Below are positions 1 to 8,773 of a DNA stretch of 36,624 nt, in pieces (the first letter of the stretch is position 1; each line of letters opens with the position of its first letter). A program made the translations under genes and the position numbers. The notes under the pieces are model-generated. The model saw only the letters and a list, made by a program, of their open reading frames with translations. It was not told the DNA's origin and did no database searches. The stretch is from a virus (lineage: Duplodnaviria; Caudoviricetes), in the IMG/VR virus record IMGVR_UViG_3300043932_000294, positions 1 through 36,624 of that record. One strand, written 5' to 3'.

Positions 1-1383
1 ATGTTATTGAATTTTACCGTTTCGAATTTCACTTCTTTTGATAAAACTAAAGAGTTTAGTATGGAAGCAGGACGTGTTAGAGGAAAAAGAGAACATGTGG
101 CAGTTTCTAGGTACTCACGTACACTCAAATTTTCTGCAATATATGGCGCAAATGCAGCAGGAAAATCAAATCTTATCAAAGCCATGAATTTTGCACGAAA
201 TGTCATAGTTAATAATGGGCATATTCCAAATGGTTACACGTCTTCATATAATCGAGTAAAAGCTGACAATATTAATGTACCCAGCACTTTTGAGTTTGAA
301 ATTTTACTGGGGAAGAAAAGATATACTTACGGATTTTCTCTTCTCCTTGCATCGTTGACATTTGAAAAAGAGTGGTTATATGATAGCACAAACAATTCGA
401 AATTATTATTTAGTCGGAGTTTCGATGACGAATCTTCTCTTAATTTTCCAATTAAAGGTGAAGATGAAAAACGTATTCGCATTTATTTTGATGATATAAA
501 ATATGATCATGAAACTCTATTTTTGTCGGAAATGAACCGCAAAAAAAATGAAACATATAAAGAAATTACCAGCATTGCTTTTTTACGTGATGTATATAAT
601 TGGTTTTCAAAAAAGTTGGTATTCATTTATCCTGAAGCAGGTGACCCAAATAGGTATTCGTTCACATTTAATACAGATAAAAAAAATCTGTTTTCAAAAT
701 TGAAGATATTTGGTTTGGATATCACAGATTACAAATATGAGCAGACAAACATAGATAATGTTCTAGGACCTATTCCTGATGAATTAAAGAAAAACCTTCT
801 CGCGGACATTGAAAAATCTCTAGCTAAAAAGAGACGTGGCGAAATCAAGGAGGAACATCGTAATTTTTTATTTAACGGAAAAAATTTGTACTTTTTTGGA
901 TTAGATTCGAAAGATTCTGTTGTATTTCAAACAGTGAAAATCCAACATGGTAATCTTGGTGAGTACTTATTATCAGAAGAGTCTGATGGTACACGTCGTA
1001 TTCTTGAGCTGGTTGAAGTCTTGTTATCAACAGAAGATGATGTTACCTATGTTATTGATGAGATAGATAGAAGCATGCATCCGTTACTGACAGATGCGTT
1101 TATATCCGAATATCTTTCGAAGGTTGGAGAACGCAACATTCAGCTTATTGTAACAACACATGAATCTCGGCTATTAAATACTAACCATTTACGTCGTGAT
1201 GAAATTTGGTTTATGGAAAAGAAGAATGGAAATTCTGATATATGGCGATTTGATCAAATGGAAGATACTGAAAATACTGGTACGCTGGCACGTGGTGATA
1301 TAAGAATTGAAACCGCATATCTTAATGGACGATATGGAGGAATTCCAAATTTGATAACTTATATTAATGGAGATAAATTATGA
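1..1383 (+). CDS. RloA/AbiLi-like ABC-type (AAA_21) ATPase, putative abortive-infection component
   Basis: N-terminal MLLNFTVSNFTSF, Walker A GANAAGKSN, signature ESDGTRR, Walker B YVIDEID, H-loop TTHE, LRRDEIWF and C-terminal YLNGRYGGIP; AT-rich. Confidence 0.85.
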   Translation: MLLNFTVSNFTSFDKTKEFSMEAGRVRGKREHVAVSRYSRTLKFSAIYGANAAGKSNLIKAMNFARNVIVNNGHIPNGYTSSYNRVKADNINVPSTFEFEILLGKKRYTYGFSLLLASLTFEKEWLYDSTNNSKLLFSRSFDDESSLNFPIKGEDEKRIRIYFDDIKYDHETLFLSEMNRKKNETYKEITSIAFLRDVYNWFSKKLVFIYPEAGDPNRYSFTFNTDKKNLFSKLKIFGLDITDYKYEQTNIDNVLGPIPDELKKNLLADIEKSLAKKRRGEIKEEHRNFLFNGKNLYFFGLDSKDSVVFQTVKIQHGNLGEYLLSEESDGTRRILELVEVLLSTEDDVTYVIDEIDRSMHPLLTDAFISEYLSKVGERNIQLIVTTHESRLLNTNHLRRDEIWFMEKKNGNSDIWRFDQMEDTENTGTLARGDIRIETAYLNGRYGGIPNLITYINGDKL

Positions 1384-1691
1384 TGAGGCGTTGTAAGCCT
1401 ATTCTTTGGTGCTGTATGCAAAGTGAGAAAAAAGATTTTTTATGTGATTGGCTTTCGCCTTATTGTGAAAAATTTGGTATATGCATCAAGGTAGTGTTAT
1501 GCTCCAGTTATAAAGAAGTTGCACGTGCAATAAAGGAAATTCCTAAGATGTCAGCTTACTCTAAAAATTCTGACTCTATACTTGTGCTCTATCCACTCTC
1601 CAGTTCAGAACAAAACTATATCTCATCTAGTCAACTTGTCTGGTTCTTTTCATCCGCATCTTTTCTACAAAATTGGAAAATTGGATATTAA
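1380..1691 (+). CDS. 103-aa hypothetical partner of the ATPase (occupies the usual RloB position)
   Basis: Start overlaps the ATPase stop (ATGA), GGAG upstream; no clear RloB/TOPRIM acidic motifs. Confidence 0.55.
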   Translation: MMRRCKPILWCCMQSEKKDFLCDWLSPYCEKFGICIKVVLCSSYKEVARAIKEIPKMSAYSKNSDSILVLYPLSSSEQNYISSSQLVWFFSSASFLQNWKIGY

Positions 1692-1733
1692 AAAAGCACA
1701 GCAAAAATATTAAAAACAATGGAGGTGATTATA

Positions 1734-1817
1734 ATGGCTAATATCGGAGAACGCTTACATAAACAAAAAGCTCTGTTAGATTTTGCCGAATCCAACAGAG
1801 CCATGTTACTTGTATAG
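1734..1817 (+). CDS. Possible 27-aa peptide MANIGERLHKQKALLDFAESNRAMLLV
   Basis: Strong RBS GGAGGTG at 1721-1727, 6 nt before ATG; below the ORF-track cut-off. Confidence 0.4.
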   Translation: MANIGERLHKQKALLDFAESNRAMLLV

Positions 1818-1955
1818 AATCCCCCGATGCTATATTGAATATAAGTGGAGGATGTACTATACAAATTATATAATACAATATACTAATAGTATATGACCTA
1901 TCCTCCTAAAAAGCAATACAAAAATATAAAAATCAAAAAGGAGGAAGTTTAATTT

Positions 1956-2912
1956 ATGTTAAACTTTAGCAATTACTTTAATTTATCGATTTCTGGACAT
2001 AAAGACATTGAATTTATTGATGTGCCTGTGGATACTGATGTTAGATTATTTCTTGATCCTGGTCTTATAGAGTCTGGAGGGGACAATTTTTCGAAAGCAT
2101 GCACGGCTGTTATAAAATCTTATTTTAATGCTGTCTTTGATTGCTGCCGTTCAAGAGACCATCTTAATTTACCTAAACTGTTAAACCATTCAGCTGAGCC
2201 CAATGAGACACATTTGGGAAATAGTATTTATTATTCGAAAGGGCATGGTGCATCAGAACAAATCTTATATACGATGTTCTCAAATCTAATTGACCAAGAG
2301 CTTTTTGAGCGTGATGTAATTCATTATCCATGTGATCTTTACGTTTTTGCTCCTAATTTTGACAAGGATAGAATGTCAGATTTACTTACGAATATTCTGC
2401 GCGATTTGTTAAGCCAATTCACTAAACAACAATGTGATAAACATGGAATTTTACTTAAGGGTAAACGTATTGGATGCTTCTGGGATCCTCTAAGTAATCA
2501 GTGGCAAACGAAGAATTGGCAATTACCAATTGCAAATGGTAAACCTGTTTTACTCGTACCGAAATCTTTTGTAAGCCGAAACTATCATTTTAGTACAAGC
2601 AGTTATATCAATAAATATCTTCTAGAATATAGGCAAAGATATCATTTGGAAAATCACACGGACTTATGTTATGAGAGATTACTAAAGAACGGAAGTAAAA
2701 AGCTTATGCCTCCTAAAAAAAGTGACATAAGACTAATAGAATTTTCAGGAGTACAGTGGAAACAAGAAGCAATTGATTTTGCGTGTAAAAATCCTGATAC
2801 CATGTTGTATTTCGACCGGGAACGTAAGAAGTCATTTGCTGATGGTTGTTATGCTATGTCTAATTATGAACTGGATTTAATGTTATATTCTCAAAAAATT
2901 AAAACTGCTTAA
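1956..2912 (+). CDS. 318-aa uncharacterised protein, candidate defence-island gene
   Basis: RBS AAGGAGG; motifs FIDVPVDTDVRLFLDP, EPNETHLG, DRMSDLLTNI, LLVPK; AT-rich; function unknown. Confidence 0.75.
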   Translation: MLNFSNYFNLSISGHKDIEFIDVPVDTDVRLFLDPGLIESGGDNFSKACTAVIKSYFNAVFDCCRSRDHLNLPKLLNHSAEPNETHLGNSIYYSKGHGASEQILYTMFSNLIDQELFERDVIHYPCDLYVFAPNFDKDRMSDLLTNILRDLLSQFTKQQCDKHGILLKGKRIGCFWDPLSNQWQTKNWQLPIANGKPVLLVPKSFVSRNYHFSTSSYINKYLLEYRQRYHLENHTDLCYERLLKNGSKKLMPPKKSDIRLIEFSGVQWKQEAIDFACKNPDTMLYFDRERKKSFADGCYAMSNYELDLMLYSQKIKTA

Positions 2913-3072
2913 TGTAAAATCCAAGAGACTGACAAACCGCTTCTGGTCTAATCTTATTGTGAATAGAGTTGAGTACCAATTCAAAAACAGCGCAACATAA
3001 TTTCATAATGAATGCGTATTGCTTATAATGCATTATTTTGACACTGTGATGCCAAATTATGTCTATTAAAGC

Positions 3073-3120
3073 AAAAAATCCCCCAGCCGTCCTTGCAAAT
3101 TTGAAGGATAGCTGGGGGAT
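3073..3120 (-). terminator. Rho-independent terminator ending the late/lysis operon
   Basis: ATCCCCCAGC...GCTGGGGGAT stem with inner TCCTT/AAGGA pairing, followed by a T-run on the minus strand just after the holin stop. Confidence 0.85.
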
Positions 3121-3143
3121 CAGTTTATGGAGATGTTTAATTT

Positions 3144-3443
3144 TTAGGTACCAGATTTGCTGGACACTCGTGCGATTGCCTGGTAGGCACCGTTGCTGGT
3201 CGTCGATACCAATACCGCGTTAAGCGGCACCAGTGCCCATACTGTCCAGGGCTGAAAGAATCCTCCGTTAGCTGCCGTGCTGATGAGCAGCACAACCAGT
3301 GCAATCAGGTAGCTTAAAATTTGTGTCGGCATCTTTGCAATGGTGCCGGCACCTTTAAGTAATTGTGTCAAAAGTCCTGTGACTGCTGCGGCACCTGCGA
3401 AGGTGCCGAGAATACTCCAGGTTAAAAAATCATTCATGTTCAT
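3144..3443 (-). CDS. Holin (99 aa, ~3 hydrophobic segments)
   Basis: Start reassigned to MNMNDF (RBS AAGGAGG); hydrophobic; last gene of lysis cassette. Confidence 0.75.
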   Translation of the reverse strand: MNMNDFLTWSILGTFAGAAAVTGLLTQLLKGAGTIAKMPTQILSYLIALVVLLISTAANGGFFQPWTVWALVPLNAVLVSTTSNGAYQAIARVSSKSGT

Positions 3444-3666
3444 AATGTTCCTCCTTAACTTCCAAATCACTGATTCGGTGATTTGCAACTTTCATCTGTT
3501 CTTCTAGTCTGTAGGTGCGCTCTACGACTTGATTGTGTTTTGCAACTTTTTCTTCTAACTTGCAAAGACGATAATCCACTAATTTATTGGAAATGCGGAT
3601 TCCACCCCAGCTGCCGACCGCTGTTCCTAAGAAGGCAATCAGCGCAACAATAACTTCTGTTGGCAT
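3430..3666 (-). CDS. Small single-TM lysis-region protein (holin/XhlA-like)
   Basis: N-terminal TM helix then coiled coil (LEEKVAKHNQVVERTYRLEE); RBS GGAGG; adjacent to endolysin. Confidence 0.75.
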   Translation of the reverse strand: MPTEVIVALIAFLGTAVGSWGGIRISNKLVDYRLCKLEEKVAKHNQVVERTYRLEEQMKVANHRISDLEVKEEHYEHE

Positions 3667-3676
3667 TTTGTCCTCC

Positions 3677-4633
3677 TCATGCGACCGTCATCTGGAAACG
3701 GTCGATTGTATTGCCGTACTTCCCGGAAAATCCGTCCATACCATTATCGGTATTATCGTCGATCTGCTCTTCATACCAGGATTGGAGGTTCGGACTGACT
3801 TTGTAATGGGCGCAGCGAAGTGGGTGCATTCCGGCAGGGGAGTAATAATATGCCTCGACCGCATCGATTTCCTGACCGTTGCCAGCATAGCCGTTGTTGT
3901 CGTCGTTAATATCATAGCCGGTTACCCATGGCAGCCAGTCACCGCCGCATACATGGACACGGTACCGAATAGCCCCCTGCGTGACACCGATTGCAACATC
4001 GGTAATCTTGTGCCCACGCAAACCGCCAAAGTCGTTGTCATCCCAGATCTCTTCGAGCCAGCCATCCTCTTTGGTGCGGACCCGATAGGCGGCGCTGACC
4101 TTGCCGGTATTATCTGCAGTAGTGGTGGCAGCACTGACCGTATCAGACGGAGTATTTCCTGACATATAGGATTGCACCATTCCTACAAAGCGTCCCCAGC
4201 CTCGGTCAAGCGTTCTGTGCGGGCAATACTTGTCCATGTAATCCTGGTGCTTTGTGAGCCGATCGATCCCCCAACCGTACTTATTGAGCAACATAGCCGC
4301 CAACTGCGCACCGCTGCGCTCTGCGGCGTCAAAACGTTCCCCGCCGGATAAACTGTAGCAGATTTCAATCGCGATTCCCTGACGGTTTCCGGGACCGTTT
4401 CCGTCGCCTGCATGCCAGGCGTTCCGGTTCTCTGGAATTCCCTGTACGACTTCCTGATCATCGACCGCATAATGGAAAGAACACTCGTTGTTGTTGCCGA
4501 TCATGTAAGCAATTTCAGAGCGCGCAGAGGCATCGTTATATGTATTGTGAATGACGACGCGGGTCGGAGCCATAGGGTAGGGGCACTTGATCCCGTATTT
4601 TTCAGGTGGACAAAGCATTTGTATAGTATCCAT
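3677..4633 (-). CDS. Endolysin, N-acetylmuramoyl-L-alanine amidase (Amidase_2) with C-terminal cell-wall binding region
   Basis: VVIHNT, SFHYAVDD, AWHAGDG, IAIEIC, KHQD..KYCPH motifs; S/T linker; Trp/Gly-rich ChW-like C-terminus. Confidence 0.92.
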   Translation of the reverse strand: MDTIQMLCPPEKYGIKCPYPMAPTRVVIHNTYNDASARSEIAYMIGNNNECSFHYAVDDQEVVQGIPENRNAWHAGDGNGPGNRQGIAIEICYSLSGGERFDAAERSGAQLAAMLLNKYGWGIDRLTKHQDYMDKYCPHRTLDRGWGRFVGMVQSYMSGNTPSDTVSAATTTADNTGKVSAAYRVRTKEDGWLEEIWDDNDFGGLRGHKITDVAIGVTQGAIRYRVHVCGGDWLPWVTGYDINDDNNGYAGNGQEIDAVEAYYYSPAGMHPLRCAHYKVSPNLQSWYEEQIDDNTDNGMDGFSGKYGNTIDRFQMTVA

Positions 4634-4728
4634 TATTCTGCATCTCCTTTCTGGGCTTCCTGGTGGTCGATTCCTTTTTGTGCGGCCTGATAAAGGTCGT
4701 CTGTGTAAATGATTACTTTAGTATCCAT
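4633..4728 (-). CDS. 31-aa peptide MDTKVIIYTDDLYQAAQKGIDHQEAQKGDAE
   Basis: RBS AAGGAGG; TAATG stop/start overlap with the endolysin; fills the gap exactly. Confidence 0.6.
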   Translation of the reverse strand: MDTKVIIYTDDLYQAAQKGIDHQEAQKGDAE

Positions 4729-4740
4729 GAGTTTTCCTCC

Positions 4741-5616
4741 TTATTGTGTATCATGCTTTTTTCCGCTCAAATCGTAAGCAGATATTAAGACAAAGTGGGG
4801 CTTTCCGCTGCTATCATAGGCTGTCACGAGTCCAACGTGTTTTTTTCCGGCCGAGTCATATACCGTGATCACACCGGATTTAACTTCCACGCCAACCCAG
4901 CAAACGGGGGAGGACGGATAAGATCCGTACCACTCGTGAACTTCCCAGACTGCATAATAGACCCAGCCTTTTTTCTTATTGGAAACTGATATCCGATTGT
5001 AGTAATTGTCTTTACCGTACTGATCAAGTGTTTTGCTCGGTACCGTCTGAATACTTGTTCCGGATCCGACATACAGCCTTGCACCGAGTCCGTCGGTAAC
5101 CTCGAAATGATCGAAATTTGCATTGCCCTGCGTGCTGGACTTTGTCCATGATAATGTGATCGCCATTCCGATCGGCACTTGCGTCTTAGATACTTTAGCG
5201 GACGGAGCGCCGGCTGCGTAATAAGGCCGCGCGGGAATGGTAAGAGTTCCATCAACCTCGCCGTTGTTGCCTGCAGGACCGTACCCGTTGACCGTATCGC
5301 CCCAGTATTTTCCGAATACGGTGACGTCGTAATCACTGTCGCTCCGGTTAAAGTCCCAGGAACCTTCTACTTGCCCAACCCAGTTTCCGTTTCCGTTGTA
5401 AATTCCTTCTCCGTCTGCGCTGTAATTTTCAACGCCGCACTGCGTATGAACACCGTATTCACTCATTCCACCATTGATACAGGTCGTGGATGCGTGTACA
5501 TGGACACGTGCCGTATATTCGCTGATAATTTCGACAGATGCGGATAAGTATGCTTGGGTGGTGCTAGAGCCCCAGTAATAACTGTAGTCGCTATTGCCGC
5601 CGTACCATTCAGCCAT
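4741..5616 (-). CDS. Tail tip / receptor-binding-type structural protein (beta-rich)
   Basis: Position after tail-fibre gene; G/Y/W/S-rich; TLTIPARP followed by an FnIII-like ITLSW segment. Confidence 0.6.
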   Translation of the reverse strand: MAEWYGGNSDYSYYWGSSTTQAYLSASVEIISEYTARVHVHASTTCINGGMSEYGVHTQCGVENYSADGEGIYNGNGNWVGQVEGSWDFNRSDSDYDVTVFGKYWGDTVNGYGPAGNNGEVDGTLTIPARPYYAAGAPSAKVSKTQVPIGMAITLSWTKSSTQGNANFDHFEVTDGLGARLYVGSGTSIQTVPSKTLDQYGKDNYYNRISVSNKKKGWVYYAVWEVHEWYGSYPSSPVCWVGVEVKSGVITVYDSAGKKHVGLVTAYDSSGKPHFVLISAYDLSGKKHDTQ

Positions 5617-5631
5617 TTAAATCACATCCCA

Positions 5632-6630
5632 TCATAACAGTTGAATATAAAAGCTATTGGCGGCTGCGGTAGCAGGTGCTGCCGAGGTGCCCCAGTTAAT
5701 GCCTAGGGCATGCAGACCATCTACACGGTTATTACATCCGTGACCGCCATTGGCGATTGGCAGCGGACCGGTCGTATTTCCAAGACCCATCACACTACGG
5801 CTGGCGGCAAGTGAATTCTGTCCGGTGCCTCCGGCAGATACCGGTACGGGACCGGATGATCCTAATCCCATAGCATTACGGGTGTTAGATAAGGACTTTT
5901 CTCCGGTGCCGCCCTGCTCCGGGGGAACAGCTCCATCTTTGTTCAGTCCGGCGATACCGTTTGCATGACCTTTTGACTCATTGATTGCATTAATTTTTTG
6001 GAGCAGATTTCCCGCCGTGTCTCCGGATAATGTGTTTTGGACGTTTGCAAACCAGGTACTAAATGCATTGTTAACCTTGGTCTGAAAGTCCTGATACATC
6101 GCATTGTATTGCGCAAACAATTCTTTGGTAGAGACATCAGTGACCGCTGATGCTACAATTCCACACACACTATTGTCAAATCTGAAGTCTTCAATATTTG
6201 AATCAGATATTTTTACTGCACCTTTGGCAACTTTGATTTGGCACAGCTTAATATCGTCGATATCAGATGTCCGACTAAGAGGAGGAATCGTTGGACTACT
6301 TGCAGGAGTGCCGGCTATATAAGTGAGTTTTGCGTTTTGGTTAATAAGGTCGCGCCGTACAACGATAATGTCGATTCGGTCAAGTGCCCCGTCAGCCGTC
6401 GGAACGGTAAGGTTAAATTCTCCGTCACTGTTGTCGAGCTCATATCGGTACCCGTCGATAAAAGCAACGCCAGGTAATACGGTTATCCGCATATCGTTAT
6501 GGAGCGCCCTGATTTTAAGTCCATTTGCTGGCTTTGCAAAAACTCCGTTTTTAAAAAATGATGCAAAATATGCAGCGAAATCTGCTGCAGAATAAGTGGG
6601 CCCATTAAAGAAACTGCAATGTTCTGCCAT
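5632..6630 (-). CDS. Baseplate/tail fibre protein
   Basis: N-terminal SFFN..YSAADFA.YF...NGVF and RIDIIVVR typical of Firmicute siphophage baseplate proteins; coiled coil; three xP...GG(T/H)G repeats. Confidence 0.8.
   Translation of the reverse strand: MAEHCSFFNGPTYSAADFAAYFASFFKNGVFAKPANGLKIRALHNDMRITVLPGVAFIDGYRYELDNSDGEFNLTVPTADGALDRIDIIVVRRDLINQNAKLTYIAGTPASSPTIPPLSRTSDIDDIKLCQIKVAKGAVKISDSNIEDFRFDNSVCGIVASAVTDVSTKELFAQYNAMYQDFQTKVNNAFSTWFANVQNTLSGDTAGNLLQKINAINESKGHANGIAGLNKDGAVPPEQGGTGEKSLSNTRNAMGLGSSGPVPVSAGGTGQNSLAASRSVMGLGNTTGPLPIANGGHGCNNRVDGLHALGINWGTSAAPATAAANSFYIQLL
5737..5928 (-). repeat. Three ~27-aa fibre repeats (VPPEQGGTG / VPVSAGGTG / LPIANGGHG)
   Basis: Visible in the translation, with SL...R..MGLG spacers. 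Confidence 0.75.
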
Positions 6631-6647
6631 TATTTAAATCCTCCTAT

Positions 6648-6785
6648 TCAATTAGAAATATTACTTTTAATAATTTCGTCGGCTTCTGTTTGAGTTATCT
6701 TTTTTCCGACAAGAGAGTTAATTTGCTCTGTGGTAACGCATCCTAACTTAAACTGGATCATCAAAAAATTAGCGACTGCACTCAT
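6648..6785 (-). CDS. 45-aa XkdX-like protein MSAVANFLMIQFKLGCVTTEQINSLVGKKITQTEADEIIKSNISN
   Basis: RBS GGGAGG, ATGA overlap with upstream gene, ITxxEAxEI motif; missed by the ORF track. Confidence 0.7.
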   Translation of the reverse strand: MSAVANFLMIQFKLGCVTTEQINSLVGKKITQTEADEIIKSNISN

Positions 6786-7144
6786 GCTTCGTTCCCTCCC
6801 ATAATTTGGGCGAGCTGCATCTCCTCCAATGCGGCCACCCGGCTTTCAAGTGTCGGAGTGTTTTTCTGCTTTTCGATTGCGGTAAGTTCTTCTGCCGTGT
6901 AGGGAATATACCGCTCAATATCTTCGTACTCATCGTAGGCGTCATGACCGACTACTGCCGGAACATCAACCACCTTTTCGACGTCTTTCCCGCCATTCGG
7001 ATAGACACGTACCGTTCTAAGATGTGACTGTTCTGCAACAGCCGCCACCACATCATGGTGGATTGTCAGTTTGTCCGACTCCAAATGACCTTTTTCCAAA
7101 TCCGGATTCAAGATTTCGTTGCCCTGCTGATCCAAAATTTTCAT
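6782..7144 (-). CDS. Tail fibre assembly/chaperone-like protein (XkdW-like position), 120 aa
   Basis: Start reassigned to MKILDQQG (RBS AGGAGG); PDLEKGHL, YIPYTAEEL, PTLESRVAALEE motifs. Confidence 0.7.
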   Translation of the reverse strand: MKILDQQGNEILNPDLEKGHLESDKLTIHHDVVAAVAEQSHLRTVRVYPNGGKDVEKVVDVPAVVGHDAYDEYEDIERYIPYTAEELTAIEKQKNTPTLESRVAALEEMQLAQIMGGNEA

Positions 7145-7158
7145 GATAGTTCCTCCTT

Positions 7159-8760
7159 TTAAGACAGTCGTTCCCACATGTAAACGCACAGATACGGGGG
7201 CATATTATTGTGCGGCTTTCCCCCGCCAGCCTCTGACGTAAGCGAATTTCCCAGATAGCCCCGATGCGGAAGATTTTCATCGATCTTTACCGCATAATTG
7301 CTATTATCTAGCGGGGCACCACCATTTGAATTTAATAAGCTATGACGATGTTTTGGTATTTCGTCACCCGTTAATGTGTTTGTAGCTTCTCCACCAGTTT
7401 TGCCTCCGTAATAGATTGAATTAGGATCACTATAAGCGGCAAAAAGGAACTTCCCGCCTAGCGCTTGCCATGTGCCACCGTATTTTGATGCGGGACTGGT
7501 ACTCTTTGTGCTGATATAAATATCTCCAACGTCATATTTATTAGGAATCCCCTTCAAGTCTAAATATTCTCCGGTGTAGGCTTCGGTGGATAATGTGGGG
7601 GCTCCGATAATATGAGCGTAGGGAATAGGCAGCTTCTTGATCTTGTCATTCTGCGTCGGCACGTCGTTTCCAAGCGTTGGAGTGTATGTTGCGCCGTTGC
7701 TGTCGTACACTTCCTCCACCGTGGGAATTCGGGTGTTAAGGTGATATCCCCATTTTTTATTCATGCAGGTGACAAGGTCCCCTAAGTCCCAGTCTTTTTT
7801 GTATTGCTTTTTTCCGTCCGGTTGGATTCGTTCGGTCGCAGTGCAGATGTTTTTGTTTTCAGTGAGCTTTTCCAGCCCTCTTTGCTTTAACCTTGCCTTA
7901 TAGCTGTTGTCTGATTCGCCCTCTGTTTTCTGCAGGTCGCGGGCGTCAACTACTAGTTCGCGGGGCGTTTCTGATTCTGTCCCAGACAGTCTGACAAAGA
8001 CGCCGATACGCGCATCATCTTCGCCTTCGCCCATTACAAATGCAACGTTTTTATAATCAGCGTTATTCTCCAAATAGCTTTCTCCAAGGATAGTGTCGTA
8101 CTGTTTAGAAAAGATGCAGCGTTGATTAATTGTCTGATTGATTGTGCGGTCAAGCCCTCGGTAAAGTTGAAAACTGTACGTCCATGTTTTGCGGTCAAAT
8201 ACCGTTTTAAAGCCGATATCGTTGTCCTGGCATAATTTAGTGACTAAGGATAATATCTCGCCGTAGGTGTCCTGCAGGCTTACTTTGGGGGTGCTTGATA
8301 AGGTGGGGCCTAATACAAAATGAGGGACATTCCGTGCTGCCATATAAGAAGCTGCAGAAGAGTCCCTAAAAGTGAGATTATTTTGTGTTAATGACCGCCC
8401 AACCAGTGCCCTCACGACGGTATCGAGTTCCACGTTGTCAAAATTCCGCGTCTCGAGATTATATCGGTCTTTTAAAAGAATTGACAGATCATAGGCAATA
8501 ACGGACAGTTCAAATTGATCGTCCATGTCAATCTTTTCGACACTCTTAATGATGTAGGCCGTTTCGTCGCCGCGCTTGTGCAAAATGTTTTCCTGCTTTA
8601 GGAGGTTAAGGTTGTGCGGCGAGATCGCACAGTGTAGGTCCATCTCTCCCACGTCGTTATACTTGCGCTTGACGTCGAGCGACGTGATACCTGTGATCCG
8701 CCCGTAATTAGGCGGCCTCGTCTGGCCGGTTGGCGGGGGAGTATAGCAAGTGAGAATCAT
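7159..8760 (-). CDS. ReqiPepy6 Gp37-like tail hub protein with a C-terminal fibre/collar-like domain
   Basis: KNVAFVMGEGE, RELVVDARDL, YKKDWDLGDLVT; C-terminal VGDIYIS..SPASKYGGTW..GGEATNTLT..HNNMPPYLCVYMWER. Confidence 0.8.
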   Translation of the reverse strand: MILTCYTPPPTGQTRPPNYGRITGITSLDVKRKYNDVGEMDLHCAISPHNLNLLKQENILHKRGDETAYIIKSVEKIDMDDQFELSVIAYDLSILLKDRYNLETRNFDNVELDTVVRALVGRSLTQNNLTFRDSSAASYMAARNVPHFVLGPTLSSTPKVSLQDTYGEILSLVTKLCQDNDIGFKTVFDRKTWTYSFQLYRGLDRTINQTINQRCIFSKQYDTILGESYLENNADYKNVAFVMGEGEDDARIGVFVRLSGTESETPRELVVDARDLQKTEGESDNSYKARLKQRGLEKLTENKNICTATERIQPDGKKQYKKDWDLGDLVTCMNKKWGYHLNTRIPTVEEVYDSNGATYTPTLGNDVPTQNDKIKKLPIPYAHIIGAPTLSTEAYTGEYLDLKGIPNKYDVGDIYISTKSTSPASKYGGTWQALGGKFLFAAYSDPNSIYYGGKTGGEATNTLTGDEIPKHRHSLLNSNGGAPLDNSNYAVKIDENLPHRGYLGNSLTSEAGGGKPHNNMPPYLCVYMWERLS

Positions 8761-8773
8761 CTATATCATCTCC

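Noticed and set aside
1380-1691. Firm RloB call
   Set aside because: Too short and lacks the expected acidic catalytic motifs.
2913-3072. Left attachment site
   Set aside because: Serine-integrase att sites share only a short core and the right junction lies outside the window, so it cannot be assigned.
3587-4162. 191-aa plus-strand ORF
   Set aside because: Antisense shadow of the endolysin; no RBS or motifs.
4741-8760. Diversity-generating retroelement or invertible shufflon acting on tail fibres
   Set aside because: No reverse transcriptase, no TR/VR duplicate and no invertase or inverted cassettes seen.
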